From: a virus
Lineage: Duplodnaviria > Caudoviricetes
Direction: 5' to 3' (one strand)
DNA length: 33,660 nucleotides
IMG/VR virus record: IMGVR_UViG_3300037465_000359
Location: 1 to 33,660 of that record
The notes beneath the pieces were generated by a model, which was not told the DNA's origin, searched no databases, and saw only the letters and a program-made list of their open reading frames with translations. Shown here piece after piece: positions 16,932 to 25,873 of this stretch. Made by a program: the position numbers and the translations under genes. The stretch's first letter is position 1. Each line of letters begins with the position of its first letter.

Positions 16932-16967
16932 GTGATCAAACCATTCCTGAAGTGGGCTGGTAAGTAG
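16932..16967 (+). pseudogene. Vestigial N-terminus of a Dam-family (D12) adenine methyltransferase
   Basis: GAGGA RBS, then GTG ATC AAA CCA TTC CTG AAG TGG GCT GGT AAG TAG = MIKPFLKWAGK*, matching the Dam N-terminal KPFLKWAGGK motif. Confidence 0.6.
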
Positions 16968-16991
16968 CTAACGTTTTTTTGAGATTGAATA

Positions 16992-17460
16992 ATGCCCGCG
17001 ATAAGTTTCAGTTCCGAGCCTTTTGTTGGGAAAATCGCTTATGGGATCAAAACCCAGACGATTAGACGACCCCGCAAGCGCCCAATAAAAGAGAATGACC
17101 TCCTATCTCTCTACTACCAACAGCGATCGCCAGATGGATTTCTGATTAGGCGATCGCGGCGGCATCGAGGTTACCCGTATTTGGATCTATCCAGACAGGG
17201 TAATTTCGGAGGGCGTCTCGCTTGGCGATTTGCGTGGATTTGCGATCGCAGATGGATTTACCTGCTGGGAGGCATTCCTCGAATGGTTTAAACCAACGGA
17301 GCAACAGCCATTCGAGGGGGATCTGATTAAATGGTCATACCCCTTTCCTCTCACGTTACGAGCTTTTAGCTATTGGGCGAGTTTGTTTCCGAGGGCGGCG
17401 CTTAGTCCGTTTCTGAGGGCGACGCTTAGTCCGTTTCGTAGACGGGTGGAGCACAGGTAG
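16992..17460 (+). pseudogene. ASCH-domain protein split by a frameshift near 17145-17160
   Basis: First frame has ISF...KIAYGIKTQTIRRPRK.PIK..D.L.LY; second frame has IEVTRIWI...FAIADGF..WEAFLEWF...FEGDLIKW; together they make one ASCH domain. Confidence 0.75.
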
Positions 17461-17580
17461 AGCGAGATAACGCCTCGCCTCGTCCTCTCCGTAAGCGTTA
17501 CGGAGATATTCAGCAAACTCTTGGCGCGTGCAATTGAAGTGACGATCACCCATTGTTAGTACACCGTAGTTACTGGTCAC
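17356..17580 (-). CDS. Small protein with highly basic repeated C-terminus
   Basis: KRTKRRP x2 from a 24-bp tandem repeat (17391-17438); last gene of the minus-strand late block; start could be ATG 17553. Confidence 0.5.
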   Translation of the reverse strand: MTSNYGVLTMGDRHFNCTRQEFAEYLRNAYGEDEARRYLALPVLHPSTKRTKRRPQKRTKRRPRKQTRPIAKSS

Positions 17581-17740
17581 CGTCTGGAGATTTCTTTTGA
17601 GGCGATCTCACCCACCAGCCGGTAACTGTACCGAGCAACGAGAATCCTGACTCGGCATTGTTTGGGCGTGTCCAAATCAGCGCCATCGAAAAGAGCGCGA
17701 TCGCTGCCGTTAGTACTACCTGTACGTGAAAATCGGTCAT
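17570..17740 (-). CDS. Putative holin, 56 aa with two TM helices (not in ORF track)
   Basis: MTDFHVQVVLTAAIALFSMALIWTRPNNAESGFSLLGTVTGWWVRSPQKKSPDGDQ*; directly downstream of the endolysin; charged C-tail. Confidence 0.6.
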   Translation of the reverse strand: MTDFHVQVVLTAAIALFSMALIWTRPNNAESGFSLLGTVTGWWVRSPQKKSPDGDQ

Positions 17741-17772
17741 TGCATCCCCAAATGGGTCGTAGATTAACTATA

Positions 17773-18633
17773 TCAAAGGGATAGCCCCATCACACTTTTA
17801 GCTCTTGCCAGATAATCGCGGCGATCGCTCAGCCCATTGTAGCCACCGTTGATTAGGCGGGTGATCGTGAGGATATCGTCGGCGTCGGCGTCGAGGTTGA
17901 GTTGCATTTTGTCCCAGTACCAACCAGCGCTCAGGCAAGCTAGATCAAAATCGGCTAGGCGCTCAGGAGTCTTAATCAGGTTAGCTCCCAAGGCTAGCCC
18001 GCATTCCGCGTAGTTGGTGCGTCCCGTGACTTGAATCAGCCCCCGCCCCTTGAATCGACGCCCATCCCCCTCGTAGATGTTGCCAAGGTCATCGCGCCAT
18101 TCGTAATCGTCGCCAGAAGCATATTCTTCGTTCGTGTTGAACCCATCGCTTTCGTGAGCAACTTGGGCAATAAAGTGGGCGATCCTCAGTGGCGTATTGA
18201 TGGCGTAGCGCTGCATGGCGGCATTAAGCGGATCGATCAGCAGTGCTAATCGATGAGTTGGGCAGTGCACAGCAATCTCCCCCAACCGGTCTAAGCTTAT
18301 TAAATAGCTCTCGGTCTGCTGCTCCAACGCAGGCGCAGGCGTGCGAATGGAACCGTCAACCCCTACTACAGAGCCGTTTTCGTATACTTGGTTGATCGTG
18401 ATATGCTCTCGGAAGAGAAACCAGCCTTGCTCCTCACTTTGGCTGTCGGACTCCTCGACTGGAAGGAACCACACATGGTTGAATCGCGCCTCTGCAACCT
18501 TGACAGGGATTAGGCGATCGCCGGCCTTGTGAAGTACTTTGCGATCGCTAGGCAAGTCTGCGGACTGCTCAGTAGTACGTTTGGCGTACGTGTCACTGAT
18601 GATCAAGATTTCTAAATGGTATGACATACTCAC
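17773..18633 (-). CDS. Endolysin, glycoside hydrolase family 19, with N-terminal accessory domain
   Basis: RIAHFIAQVAHESDGF..NEE, FKGRGLIQVTGRTNY, SAGWYW, ITRLINGGYNGLSDR. Confidence 0.93.
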   Translation of the reverse strand: MSMSYHLEILIISDTYAKRTTEQSADLPSDRKVLHKAGDRLIPVKVAEARFNHVWFLPVEESDSQSEEQGWFLFREHITINQVYENGSVVGVDGSIRTPAPALEQQTESYLISLDRLGEIAVHCPTHRLALLIDPLNAAMQRYAINTPLRIAHFIAQVAHESDGFNTNEEYASGDDYEWRDDLGNIYEGDGRRFKGRGLIQVTGRTNYAECGLALGANLIKTPERLADFDLACLSAGWYWDKMQLNLDADADDILTITRLINGGYNGLSDRRDYLARAKSVMGLSL

Positions 18634-18679
18634 GCCTCACGCTCGTCTTGTAAACACACAAAACTGAAAGTCGTATTAA

Positions 18680-19186
18680 CTAATAGCGCGGCCCAGCGAT
18701 TGATCCGATTCGAGCCATTTCGAGTTTAACGCTTTGGAGATCTTGCGCGAGCGCCTTGATTTCCTGCTGTGTCGCCTGCTCGCTTTCCCTCCGTTCGGCC
18801 ACCTGATTTGCTAGCGAGGGGTAAAAGCTCCTCAGCTTATCAACCAGTGCGGTCAATTCGGCAAGCGATCGCATAAAATTCTGCGTTAGTTCCGCGCTAC
18901 GAACAGAGGACGCTTCGATCCTCGCCACTGATACTGCGATCGCATCAATCCGCATGTCTACCGCCCTAAGTTCGTCAGAGACTCGATTGATTATCTCTAT
19001 TTGAGCGCCCTGAGACGCGCTCATGTGCGACGACAGATCAACTCGTATCGCCAGTAAATTGCTGTCGTAGCCGTCGATTCTGCCTTCAAACTCCTCAAAT
19101 CGGGCAATCAAATCGTCAACTTTTTGATTAGCTTGAATACCAGCAAAAAACCACTTTTTCACCACCCCTGCAATTTCTTCGAGCAT
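18680..19186 (-). CDS. Coiled-coil protein next to the lysis genes
   Basis: 168 aa, heptad-rich; GAGGCGGGG upstream of ATG. Confidence 0.65.
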   Translation of the reverse strand: MLEEIAGVVKKWFFAGIQANQKVDDLIARFEEFEGRIDGYDSNLLAIRVDLSSHMSASQGAQIEIINRVSDELRAVDMRIDAIAVSVARIEASSVRSAELTQNFMRSLAELTALVDKLRSFYPSLANQVAERRESEQATQQEIKALAQDLQSVKLEMARIGSIAGPRY

Positions 19187-19230
19187 ATCCCCGCCTCGCT
19201 ACATAAGCAAATTATAGGCTTTCCGCTCGT

Positions 19231-19398
19231 TCAATCAGCCTTAGTTATACTTATTTTTTTGGCGTACTCCACCGCCGCTTGAATTTGTAGCCATTGTTCA
19301 ATCTCACGCTGGGCTTGCTTTTCAAGGTCGCGGTGTCTCCACCCGCGCAATTCGGCGAGTTTCTTTACAGCAAATCTTAACTGTTTCTGGGTAAGCAC
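19231..19398 (-). CDS. Small basic hypothetical protein
   Basis: Likely start GTG 19398 just after the upstream stop (MLTQKQLRFAVKKLAELRGW...); the longer ORF-track version overlaps 19400..19921. Confidence 0.5.
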   Translation of the reverse strand: MLTQKQLRFAVKKLAELRGWRHRDLEKQAQREIEQWLQIQAAVEYAKKISITKAD

Positions 19399-19399
19399 G

Positions 19400-19921
19400 T
19401 CAGTTTGGTAAGAGGTTGTCAGGAAAATTATACTCAGACACCCAATCTCTAATTTGTTGTTGCTGCTCCGAACTCCAGACACTCCACGCGATCGCAAGGG
19501 CAAACCGGATTCGCTTAATAGCCAGTCCATCCTCACCGTCTGCTGAGGCAACACGGCGATCGCTCTCCCGATTGATGTTGTCACCCAGCATGTAGAAAGC
19601 ATTTGACGCGGGAATCGAATTAGCCAAACAGAGGGTAGCCATTATCTGCGAACCTTCAACGGCAGCGCTAAGCCCAGCCCAATCAGGAGTAGGTTCAACG
19701 GGAGGGACGTAATCGGGCAGGTTGAGGAGGCGATCGCATTCGGTCGCATCTGTTTCGATGACCGCGATCGCTGTTACCCCACGCGCGATCAACTCATTGG
19801 TCAGCTTACCGTACGGATCGAGGATCGTGACGTTTTGATCAATATAGGCGATCGCCATCCCTGTATCGATTACAGAGATTTTATACTTGCGGTTTTCGGT
19901 GAGAACCAAGACTTTAGCCAT
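19400..19921 (-). CDS. Hypothetical protein, possibly fibre-associated chaperone
   Basis: 173 aa, follows the LamG/fibre genes with overlapping start; PVEPTPDWAGL linker. Confidence 0.55.
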   Translation of the reverse strand: MAKVLVLTENRKYKISVIDTGMAIAYIDQNVTILDPYGKLTNELIARGVTAIAVIETDATECDRLLNLPDYVPPVEPTPDWAGLSAAVEGSQIMATLCLANSIPASNAFYMLGDNINRESDRRVASADGEDGLAIKRIRFALAIAWSVWSSEQQQQIRDWVSEYNFPDNLLPN

Positions 19922-20588
19922 AACTGATAGAAGGATGGAGTGCTACTGAAATTGTGCCGCTTTCGGTGAACGTATAGCCATTGAAATAGTCGAGGTTGCG
20001 ATCACTGGCGGTATCCCACGTGGGATACCAAGAGCGCAAATCAGCCCAGCGCTGGGGACGCCAAATCCATTGTTCGTTTTGGAGTTCAGCCAGCGTTAAC
20101 GCCGCGTCCCAAATTTTTACTGAGTGGATTCGTCCTGCAAAAAACTGGAGGGGCGAGCCGCCGTTAAACCCCGCTGCGATCGTTAGGTGCGTACAAGAGA
20201 AGCGGGAGCTAACGTCTGTTGTGTTGCTGCTAGTTTCTGCCGCTGCTGCCGCAGACTCCGAGCCACGATAGAGGATCGCCGCTGTAGCCGAGCTGCGAAC
20301 CAGAGCCACAAAATACCAAGTATTGGCGGATAGCGTCGTCAGCCCATTTTGCTGGCTACCGCTGACCCTATTGTGTACCCACAGCGATAATGTCGCTACC
20401 GTCGATCTGAGTCCGATGTAATCAACACTTGAGTTGCCAGTATTTCGTCCCGCGACGAACATATTTTGGGTTATGCCAGTGGCAAGAGCGTCCGCGCGAA
20501 ACCAAAAACTCACGGTATAAGCGGCGTTGTAGTTGAGTAGATTAGCCGTCCTCAACCAATACGCGCCGCTAGCAAACGCGATCGCCAT
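19914..20588 (-). CDS. LamG/concanavalin A-like domain virion protein
   Basis: YTVSFWFR...NTWYFVALV...FAGRIHSVKIWDAALTLAEL. Confidence 0.85.
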   Translation of the reverse strand: MAIAFASGAYWLRTANLLNYNAAYTVSFWFRADALATGITQNMFVAGRNTGNSSVDYIGLRSTVATLSLWVHNRVSGSQQNGLTTLSANTWYFVALVRSSATAAILYRGSESAAAAAETSSNTTDVSSRFSCTHLTIAAGFNGGSPLQFFAGRIHSVKIWDAALTLAELQNEQWIWRPQRWADLRSWYPTWDTASDRNLDYFNGYTFTESGTISVALHPSISYG

Positions 20589-21460
20589 TAGCTACCCTCC
20601 AGATAGGCGAAAAGCAGATAGGCGTCACCTGTGGCGCTATCTGTTACCGCACTGCTATTGGCATCACGGTTGACCGCCAGTCGAAGGTAGTCGCCTGCGG
20701 CAAAGCTGTCGTTATTGGTCAGTGTGATCGAGATTTCTTGGAGGTAGCCAGCCGTCGCCGGCACTGTGGTAGATGAGCTGTTATTAACCGTGTCAAAGCT
20801 GGTCGTATTGCCTAGATCCGTGGCGTCGCCGCTTGTAACTGCCTCTACCTGCACCTGCCAACCTGTTGCTCCTGTCGTGGCGCTCGCCATAATCAGGTAG
20901 AGGTGCAGCGTCAGTGGTACTGTTAACCCTGTGCGGGCGATCGTCTCCCAGTAGCACGTCTCATCCGTGGTGTCGTCAAATGCCAAAACGGGGCGTTGAT
21001 TAACTTTGGTGAGCTGGGGAAAATTGGAAGAGGGGTAGGACGCTTCGTAGGGATGAAAAACTACTCCTTTTTCGGGAGTGCTTCCAGAAGCCGCAGACGC
21101 CGTAACCAGCGGACGCCATCTAGAGGTTGTACTGTCGTAGATGATCGCGTAGGACTCGTCAGCAGCGATCGCGCGATCGCTGCCCAACAAGAAACGATTT
21201 GCTGCCGCGCTAGAAGTGCTCTGGTTAGACAGGGTGATTGTGTTGGAGCCGATATTGTGGATCACAATCAGCCGACCAGATACGCCCCCAGCTAACCCAG
21301 TAATTGAGTAGGAGCTGCTGGCGGTAAGACGGAGTACTACCGCGTCGCTTAGCCCCGTTGGATTGTAGTCGTTTTGATTTGACCCGATCGAGGGCGGGGA
21401 CAAGACGCCGGTAAACTGCCAAGAAAGCGTCGCCCCTTTGTGATCACTAAAAACACTCAT
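20588..21460 (-). CDS. Putative fibre/appendage structural protein
   Basis: Ser/Thr/Gly-rich; ITGLAGG..GRLIVIHNIG...YD....RWR module seen in phage fibre proteins. Confidence 0.6.
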   Translation of the reverse strand: MSVFSDHKGATLSWQFTGVLSPPSIGSNQNDYNPTGLSDAVVLRLTASSSYSITGLAGGVSGRLIVIHNIGSNTITLSNQSTSSAAANRFLLGSDRAIAADESYAIIYDSTTSRWRPLVTASAASGSTPEKGVVFHPYEASYPSSNFPQLTKVNQRPVLAFDDTTDETCYWETIARTGLTVPLTLHLYLIMASATTGATGWQVQVEAVTSGDATDLGNTTSFDTVNNSSSTTVPATAGYLQEISITLTNNDSFAAGDYLRLAVNRDANSSAVTDSATGDAYLLFAYLEGS

Positions 21461-22143
21461 TATGCAGGCACGCTATAGGTTACAAGGATTCGAGCAGTTC
21501 CCACGGTGGAACTGGCGGCAGAGTAAGTGGCGATCAATGCCTCGGTTGATCCGCTTGCCGCCTCACCAGGGTTAGACCGATAGCGATCTTTAGCTGTCCC
21601 TTGGAGATTATTGGCAGTAGCCGCCATATATTTAGCTGTATTGCCAGAGATACCCACCGTAACCGTTGCGGCAGTATCCCAAGGCGTGTCAATCACGACC
21701 TCGACTTGATGGACAACGGCATTAGCAGGTAGGGTAAAAAGAGACAGCGTGTCAGACGAGTTAAATGCGAGGGACGTTGTGTCAACAGTAAGACATGCGC
21801 TGGTACTGCCCGCACTAACCCACGACAAAACGCCGCTACCGTCTGTTGATAGGACTTGGCTGGCGCTGCCACCGTCAACAGGCAGGGTGAGCACATAGCT
21901 CGCGGTCATACCAGACGATGGGCGGGCAAGGGTGATTTTGTAATCAGCTCCAGTCTCTGCGGCATCGGAGTTAATAATTAACCCCGTGTTACCAGTTGCC
22001 TCAAATTGCGAGGCTTGCAGCTTTTCGTCGGAGCTATCCGCTGAGTTACGTGCCGCCAATCCGCCCGTAATAGCCTTGAGCGCATGAGTTCCAATCCGAA
22101 AGATATTTTCGGTTGTCCCTTTAAGATCTGCAAAAATACCCAT
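21460..22143 (-). CDS. Putative fibre/decoration structural protein
   Basis: YVLTLPVDGGSASQVLSTDGSGVLSW fibre-type repeat, then a beta-sandwich domain (V.VVIDTPWD..ATVTVG). Confidence 0.65.
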   Translation of the reverse strand: MGIFADLKGTTENIFRIGTHALKAITGGLAARNSADSSDEKLQASQFEATGNTGLIINSDAAETGADYKITLARPSSGMTASYVLTLPVDGGSASQVLSTDGSGVLSWVSAGSTSACLTVDTTSLAFNSSDTLSLFTLPANAVVHQVEVVIDTPWDTAATVTVGISGNTAKYMAATANNLQGTAKDRYRSNPGEAASGSTEALIATYSAASSTVGTARILVTYSVPA

Positions 22144-22150
22144 AATCTTC

Positions 22151-22582
22151 CTAACTATCTAAATACAAAATCACTTGAGCCTCCCCCTGGGTGGCTCCCA
22201 CACCTGTCGAAAGATAAATATTTACCGTTGTGGCTGAAACGTATTTGTGGAACGGGTGTGCTTCGTACACGTTCGCTTCAGCCAGTATTGATTGAGATGC
22301 CGTCATTAAGCGATCGCTGTCCCCTGAATCACCGACGGTCACCGTGCTCGCAACATCCCAAGGCGTAATCACACCTATCTGGACGGCAACAATCCTTTTA
22401 CCTGCCTCAATGTCACTGATTGAACGAGTAGAGACATTGTTGTACTGAAAGAGTAGCGATCGCTGAATCGCTGAGCCACCAACAAAATTATTGACGGCAG
22501 GCTGATCTAATAGGACTACGGTTTGTCCAACCTCCTCTACCACTTGCAACCAATTGACGCTCTCTTGGAGGATCAAAGTCAT
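22151..22582 (-). CDS. Structural protein paralogous to the C-terminal domain of 21460..22143
   Basis: IVAVQIGVITPWDVASTVTVGDSGDSDRLM vs VHQVEVVIDTPWDTAATVTVGISGNTAKYM. Confidence 0.6.
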   Translation of the reverse strand: MTLILQESVNWLQVVEEVGQTVVLLDQPAVNNFVGGSAIQRSLLFQYNNVSTRSISDIEAGKRIVAVQIGVITPWDVASTVTVGDSGDSDRLMTASQSILAEANVYEAHPFHKYVSATTVNIYLSTGVGATQGEAQVILYLDS

Positions 22583-22938
22583 GCGATCGCCTCCTTGACC
22601 GTCAAAATCGGCTCATAGTAGAGCAAAACGGAGCCATCGGCATTAAATACAAAAAATTGCCCCGTCCACTCCCCTGTATCAATACTAGTAGAAGTCGCGC
22701 CCGCGATCGCTACTGTAATTACACCATTGCTTGGGATAGGGGCGCTTAGCGTGGCTATCAGTACCGATCCTGACGAATTCTCAAACTTTAGAGAGAACGT
22801 GTACCCAGTAAGGTTGAATGCGCTCGCTACACCACCACTAACCGATTGCACCGCAACCGATCGCGAATATGGAACTCCTTTAAATAGAGGAGGTTCCCAA
22901 TATTTTTGAATCGGTTCGCCGCAACAGTTTGAAGCCAT
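22579..22938 (-). CDS. BppU-N-like Ig-fold adaptor protein
   Basis: FNLTGYTF...G.ITVAI....TS.I pattern typical of small phage fibre-attachment domains. Confidence 0.5.
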   Translation of the reverse strand: MASNCCGEPIQKYWEPPLFKGVPYSRSVAVQSVSGGVASAFNLTGYTFSLKFENSSGSVLIATLSAPIPSNGVITVAIAGATSTSIDTGEWTGQFFVFNADGSVLLYYEPILTVKEAIA

Positions 22939-23573
22939 TAAAAATCTCTTGGTCTAAATTTGCGAAAGAATTTAAGTGCAAATTCGGGCATACCACCTGA
23001 CAAGGATGGCGATCGCCCCATCACATTAGCCGAATTAGATGCGCCTGCGTAACTGACGGAATACCAACCGCTAACCGACTGACTAGCAATACCGCTTTTG
23101 CCTTGTGTTCCCGACATCCACGACAACAAAACAGCCGCCATTGCTTTAATTCGCTGTATTTGAGAAGTGGCTGCACTCAAATCAAATCCAGCAGAATAGC
23201 TAACTTTGATTTGAGTGCCAAATTGCTGGAAGAGTTCGATTTTGCCATAGGTATAGTCAATCCCAAACTCGCTTGATTGCAGCGCTACCCACTCTGTAGC
23301 TGGTGCTACAGGTACTCCGTAGGGATCAAAAGCATTGGCGGTACGACTCCAAACGGAAATTGCAGGACTTGGCAGTACGGGCATATAACTCAGGTAGACC
23401 GACTGATAAGCTTTGTTTAGTGACCTGATCTCTGTGTATGGAGTGATCGCTAGCGATCGCCCGCACAATTCTGGACTAGCGATCAAGGCGTCAAGAGCTA
23501 ATAAATCAGCCGTTGTTACCTTGCCCACTAGTTCAGGTGCGTAAGATTCAATCTCCGACAGCGACAAGAGCAT
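22938..23573 (-). CDS. Putative head-tail adaptor (connector)
   Basis: Position after the capsid; IKVSYSAGF and IASQSVSGWYSVSY motifs; ends in L..FR. Confidence 0.7.
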   Translation of the reverse strand: MLLSLSEIESYAPELVGKVTTADLLALDALIASPELCGRSLAITPYTEIRSLNKAYQSVYLSYMPVLPSPAISVWSRTANAFDPYGVPVAPATEWVALQSSEFGIDYTYGKIELFQQFGTQIKVSYSAGFDLSAATSQIQRIKAMAAVLLSWMSGTQGKSGIASQSVSGWYSVSYAGASNSANVMGRSPSLSGGMPEFALKFFRKFRPRDF

Positions 23574-23769
23574 CTGGTGTATTCCTCTCGCAAGTTGGAT
23601 CTAAGAGCGGACAGATTGGCTGACCGCGATCGCCAGTTGCGTACTGATCACCGCATTTCTCGCAAACTGGTAACCCTTGCTGCTTGAGGTATGCAATCTG
23701 ATCGGCGATTAGCGAGGGGTCGGGAGCGAGGATCGGGTGGGCAATCTTTTCCTGATCTTTTTTTGCCAT
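23548..23769 (-). CDS. Small Cys-containing (Zn-ribbon-like) protein
   Basis: CEKC...CP....C; starts immediately after the capsid stop. Confidence 0.6.
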   Translation of the reverse strand: MAKKDQEKIAHPILAPDPSLIADQIAYLKQQGLPVCEKCGDQYATGDRGQPICPLLDPTCERNTPDALVAVGD

Positions 23770-23770
23770 G

Positions 23771-25582
23771 TTACACCGCCACAGAGAGTGATCGTACTTT
23801 GATAACCCGCAGTCGCTCGGAAGCAGATCCGCCTGAACGCGAGGGATCGATATCCATGCCCGTAAAGGACTCGTGAGAGAGCCATACGTAAGATTGACGG
23901 CGATTGAAGTTGGTGATTTCCGATGGGCGAATCTCCATCGGCACGCCTATCCCACGACCAATCGAATCAACACCAACAATAAAGTTGTCACGAGCTAGTG
24001 CTGTCCCAAGAGACCCCCCCAGCGTGACATTGTTTGCTCCTGGTGTGCCGTTAGCGCCAACACCAAAAGAGTTGGTTTCAAAGATGTGAAATCCACAGAT
24101 AGAGCCAAGATACCCGTCCAGCCTTTCAAACAGATTGCCGGTCATGCCTTGTAGGATATTTGTGATATCCGTGACTCCCCCGCGATCAATATACTGATTG
24201 CGCCCAGCCAAATCATTCTTGAGCTGAGCTATTGAGTAGGTGTTGCCGACGAAAGCGTATTTACCGTCTGGTAGGGTTGGAATTTGCAATACTCGCGCAT
24301 AAGCGAACAGATTATTCATGAAGGTTTCCGTGAGAACACCTTTATCGCCTGCCGTGCCGATATCGGTAACAGTAGTCGTGACAGCGTTGTTATCGTTGTA
24401 CACAACGCGCGTGGTGCCTGTCGCTAGAGAGTAAATCGCCAAGTCCTCAAAATAAGTGTAGTTATAGCGCAGGTTGCGATTTAACACGCTCATTAGATCG
24501 AGCATCGAGTATGCATTGACAAACGTTGGTAATGCGATTGGATAGTTAGCCGAAACGCCGGATTTACCCAAGCCATACTCTTGCAAGACAGCAGAAATAG
24601 CGCTCTCTGTTACGGATTGAGTATTGGTTTGATCGATATCCGCATAGGTGCCACTGCCGCTCAATAGGTAGTCGGAAACGGAAGAAGATCCAACTGTGAA
24701 GGGTGCCCTTGGAATCTTAATCGTGTCCCCTTGTCCCTTACCAAACTCAATGCGAGTTGTAGCAAACTGCCACCAAATATAAGCAGGAAAATGCTCTTGC
24801 CGCATTAAGCTCGAAAGTACGTCCAGAAACCCTTCCGGCACGTCCGCTTTAACGGTTGGTGCGTTAGTCTCGACTTGCACAGATGACCGCGAGCCACGTA
24901 GGAATCCTGCCCGTTTCATCGCCGCTTCGAGATCTCGCATGATCTCCCGTTTGTTGTCTCGAATGTATTGATCCAGCTCCCGTGTATCCCGTACGCGAAC
25001 AAGGGAACCAGCAGAGGTAGACACATCGTAAGCAGCCGCGTCCCGCAGTAATTGCAATGACTCCGCGTAGGCACCGCTTGCTTTGTCGTCGTTACCAAAG
25101 CGATTGTAATTAACAGACGGATTACCATTTCCGCGAAGCTTGAAAAGATCCTCCAGTCGCTGCTGCTCTGACTTTGACTTTTCCAGTTCCATCGTGGTGG
25201 ACTGAATTTGCTGTGTTGCCGTAGACAGCTCACGCTTTACGATTTCAAGTTCCGTTGTCACCGAATCAATCTTGGCTTTGTACTGATCCACCACTACATC
25301 AATTTTTTGTTTGATTAAAAGATCGATGTCGGGTGTCGCGATCGCTGGCGCTGGCGTTTGCGCCGTACTGATTGGTGTAGCCGGTTCGGGCGACGACTCT
25401 AGCGAGACAATCCCGGTGGGCGCTACTACCTGCTGGGTTTCGATGGATTTCCTTTCAGCTTTTTGTTTGTTAATGACATCGCGAATTTCTAAATCCGTCA
25501 TAATTTCGCCAAAACCAACAGCTTTTTTGCCCATAGTAGAGTAGCCAAAGAATAGCCAGTTTGCTCTGTTAGGATCGCTCAT
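23771..25582 (-). CDS. Major capsid protein with fused N-terminal scaffold/delta-like region
   Basis: 603 aa; Pro/Thr linker and coiled coil in the first ~200 aa, then GQGDTIKIPR, GYLGSICGFHIFETN and C-terminal WLSHESF pattern of HK97-fold capsids; downstream of the protease. Confidence 0.8.
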   Translation of the reverse strand: MSDPNRANWLFFGYSTMGKKAVGFGEIMTDLEIRDVINKQKAERKSIETQQVVAPTGIVSLESSPEPATPISTAQTPAPAIATPDIDLLIKQKIDVVVDQYKAKIDSVTTELEIVKRELSTATQQIQSTTMELEKSKSEQQRLEDLFKLRGNGNPSVNYNRFGNDDKASGAYAESLQLLRDAAAYDVSTSAGSLVRVRDTRELDQYIRDNKREIMRDLEAAMKRAGFLRGSRSSVQVETNAPTVKADVPEGFLDVLSSLMRQEHFPAYIWWQFATTRIEFGKGQGDTIKIPRAPFTVGSSSVSDYLLSGSGTYADIDQTNTQSVTESAISAVLQEYGLGKSGVSANYPIALPTFVNAYSMLDLMSVLNRNLRYNYTYFEDLAIYSLATGTTRVVYNDNNAVTTTVTDIGTAGDKGVLTETFMNNLFAYARVLQIPTLPDGKYAFVGNTYSIAQLKNDLAGRNQYIDRGGVTDITNILQGMTGNLFERLDGYLGSICGFHIFETNSFGVGANGTPGANNVTLGGSLGTALARDNFIVGVDSIGRGIGVPMEIRPSEITNFNRRQSYVWLSHESFTGMDIDPSRSGGSASERLRVIKVRSLSVAV

Positions 25583-25657
25583 ATTCCTTTCTGTTCGCTA
25601 GTTTTACGCCTAGCAGTGTTACCGTATAACCAGGAGTAATAATTGCGGAGGAATTTT

Positions 25658-25873
25658 ATGACTCCAGAGAAACGGTTAGCGATCGCGATCAAAAAACGCA
25701 GGCAATTACTAGATTTAAAGCAAAAGGATTTAGCAGCGAAACTGAACTTAAGCCAAAGCCGCATTTCGCAAATCGAACGCATGGGAAATGCGTCAGGGGT
25801 ACAGCTAATTCAGATCGCGAAATCCTTGAATACATCTGTTGACGCGATCGCCAAGGACGCCAATATTCCCTAA
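25658..25873 (+). CDS. XRE-family HTH transcriptional regulator
   Basis: IKKRRQLLDLKQKDLAAKLNLSQSRISQIERMG...LIQIAKSLNTSVD; GGAGG before ATG 25658. Confidence 0.92.
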   Translation: MTPEKRLAIAIKKRRQLLDLKQKDLAAKLNLSQSRISQIERMGNASGVQLIQIAKSLNTSVDAIAKDANIP

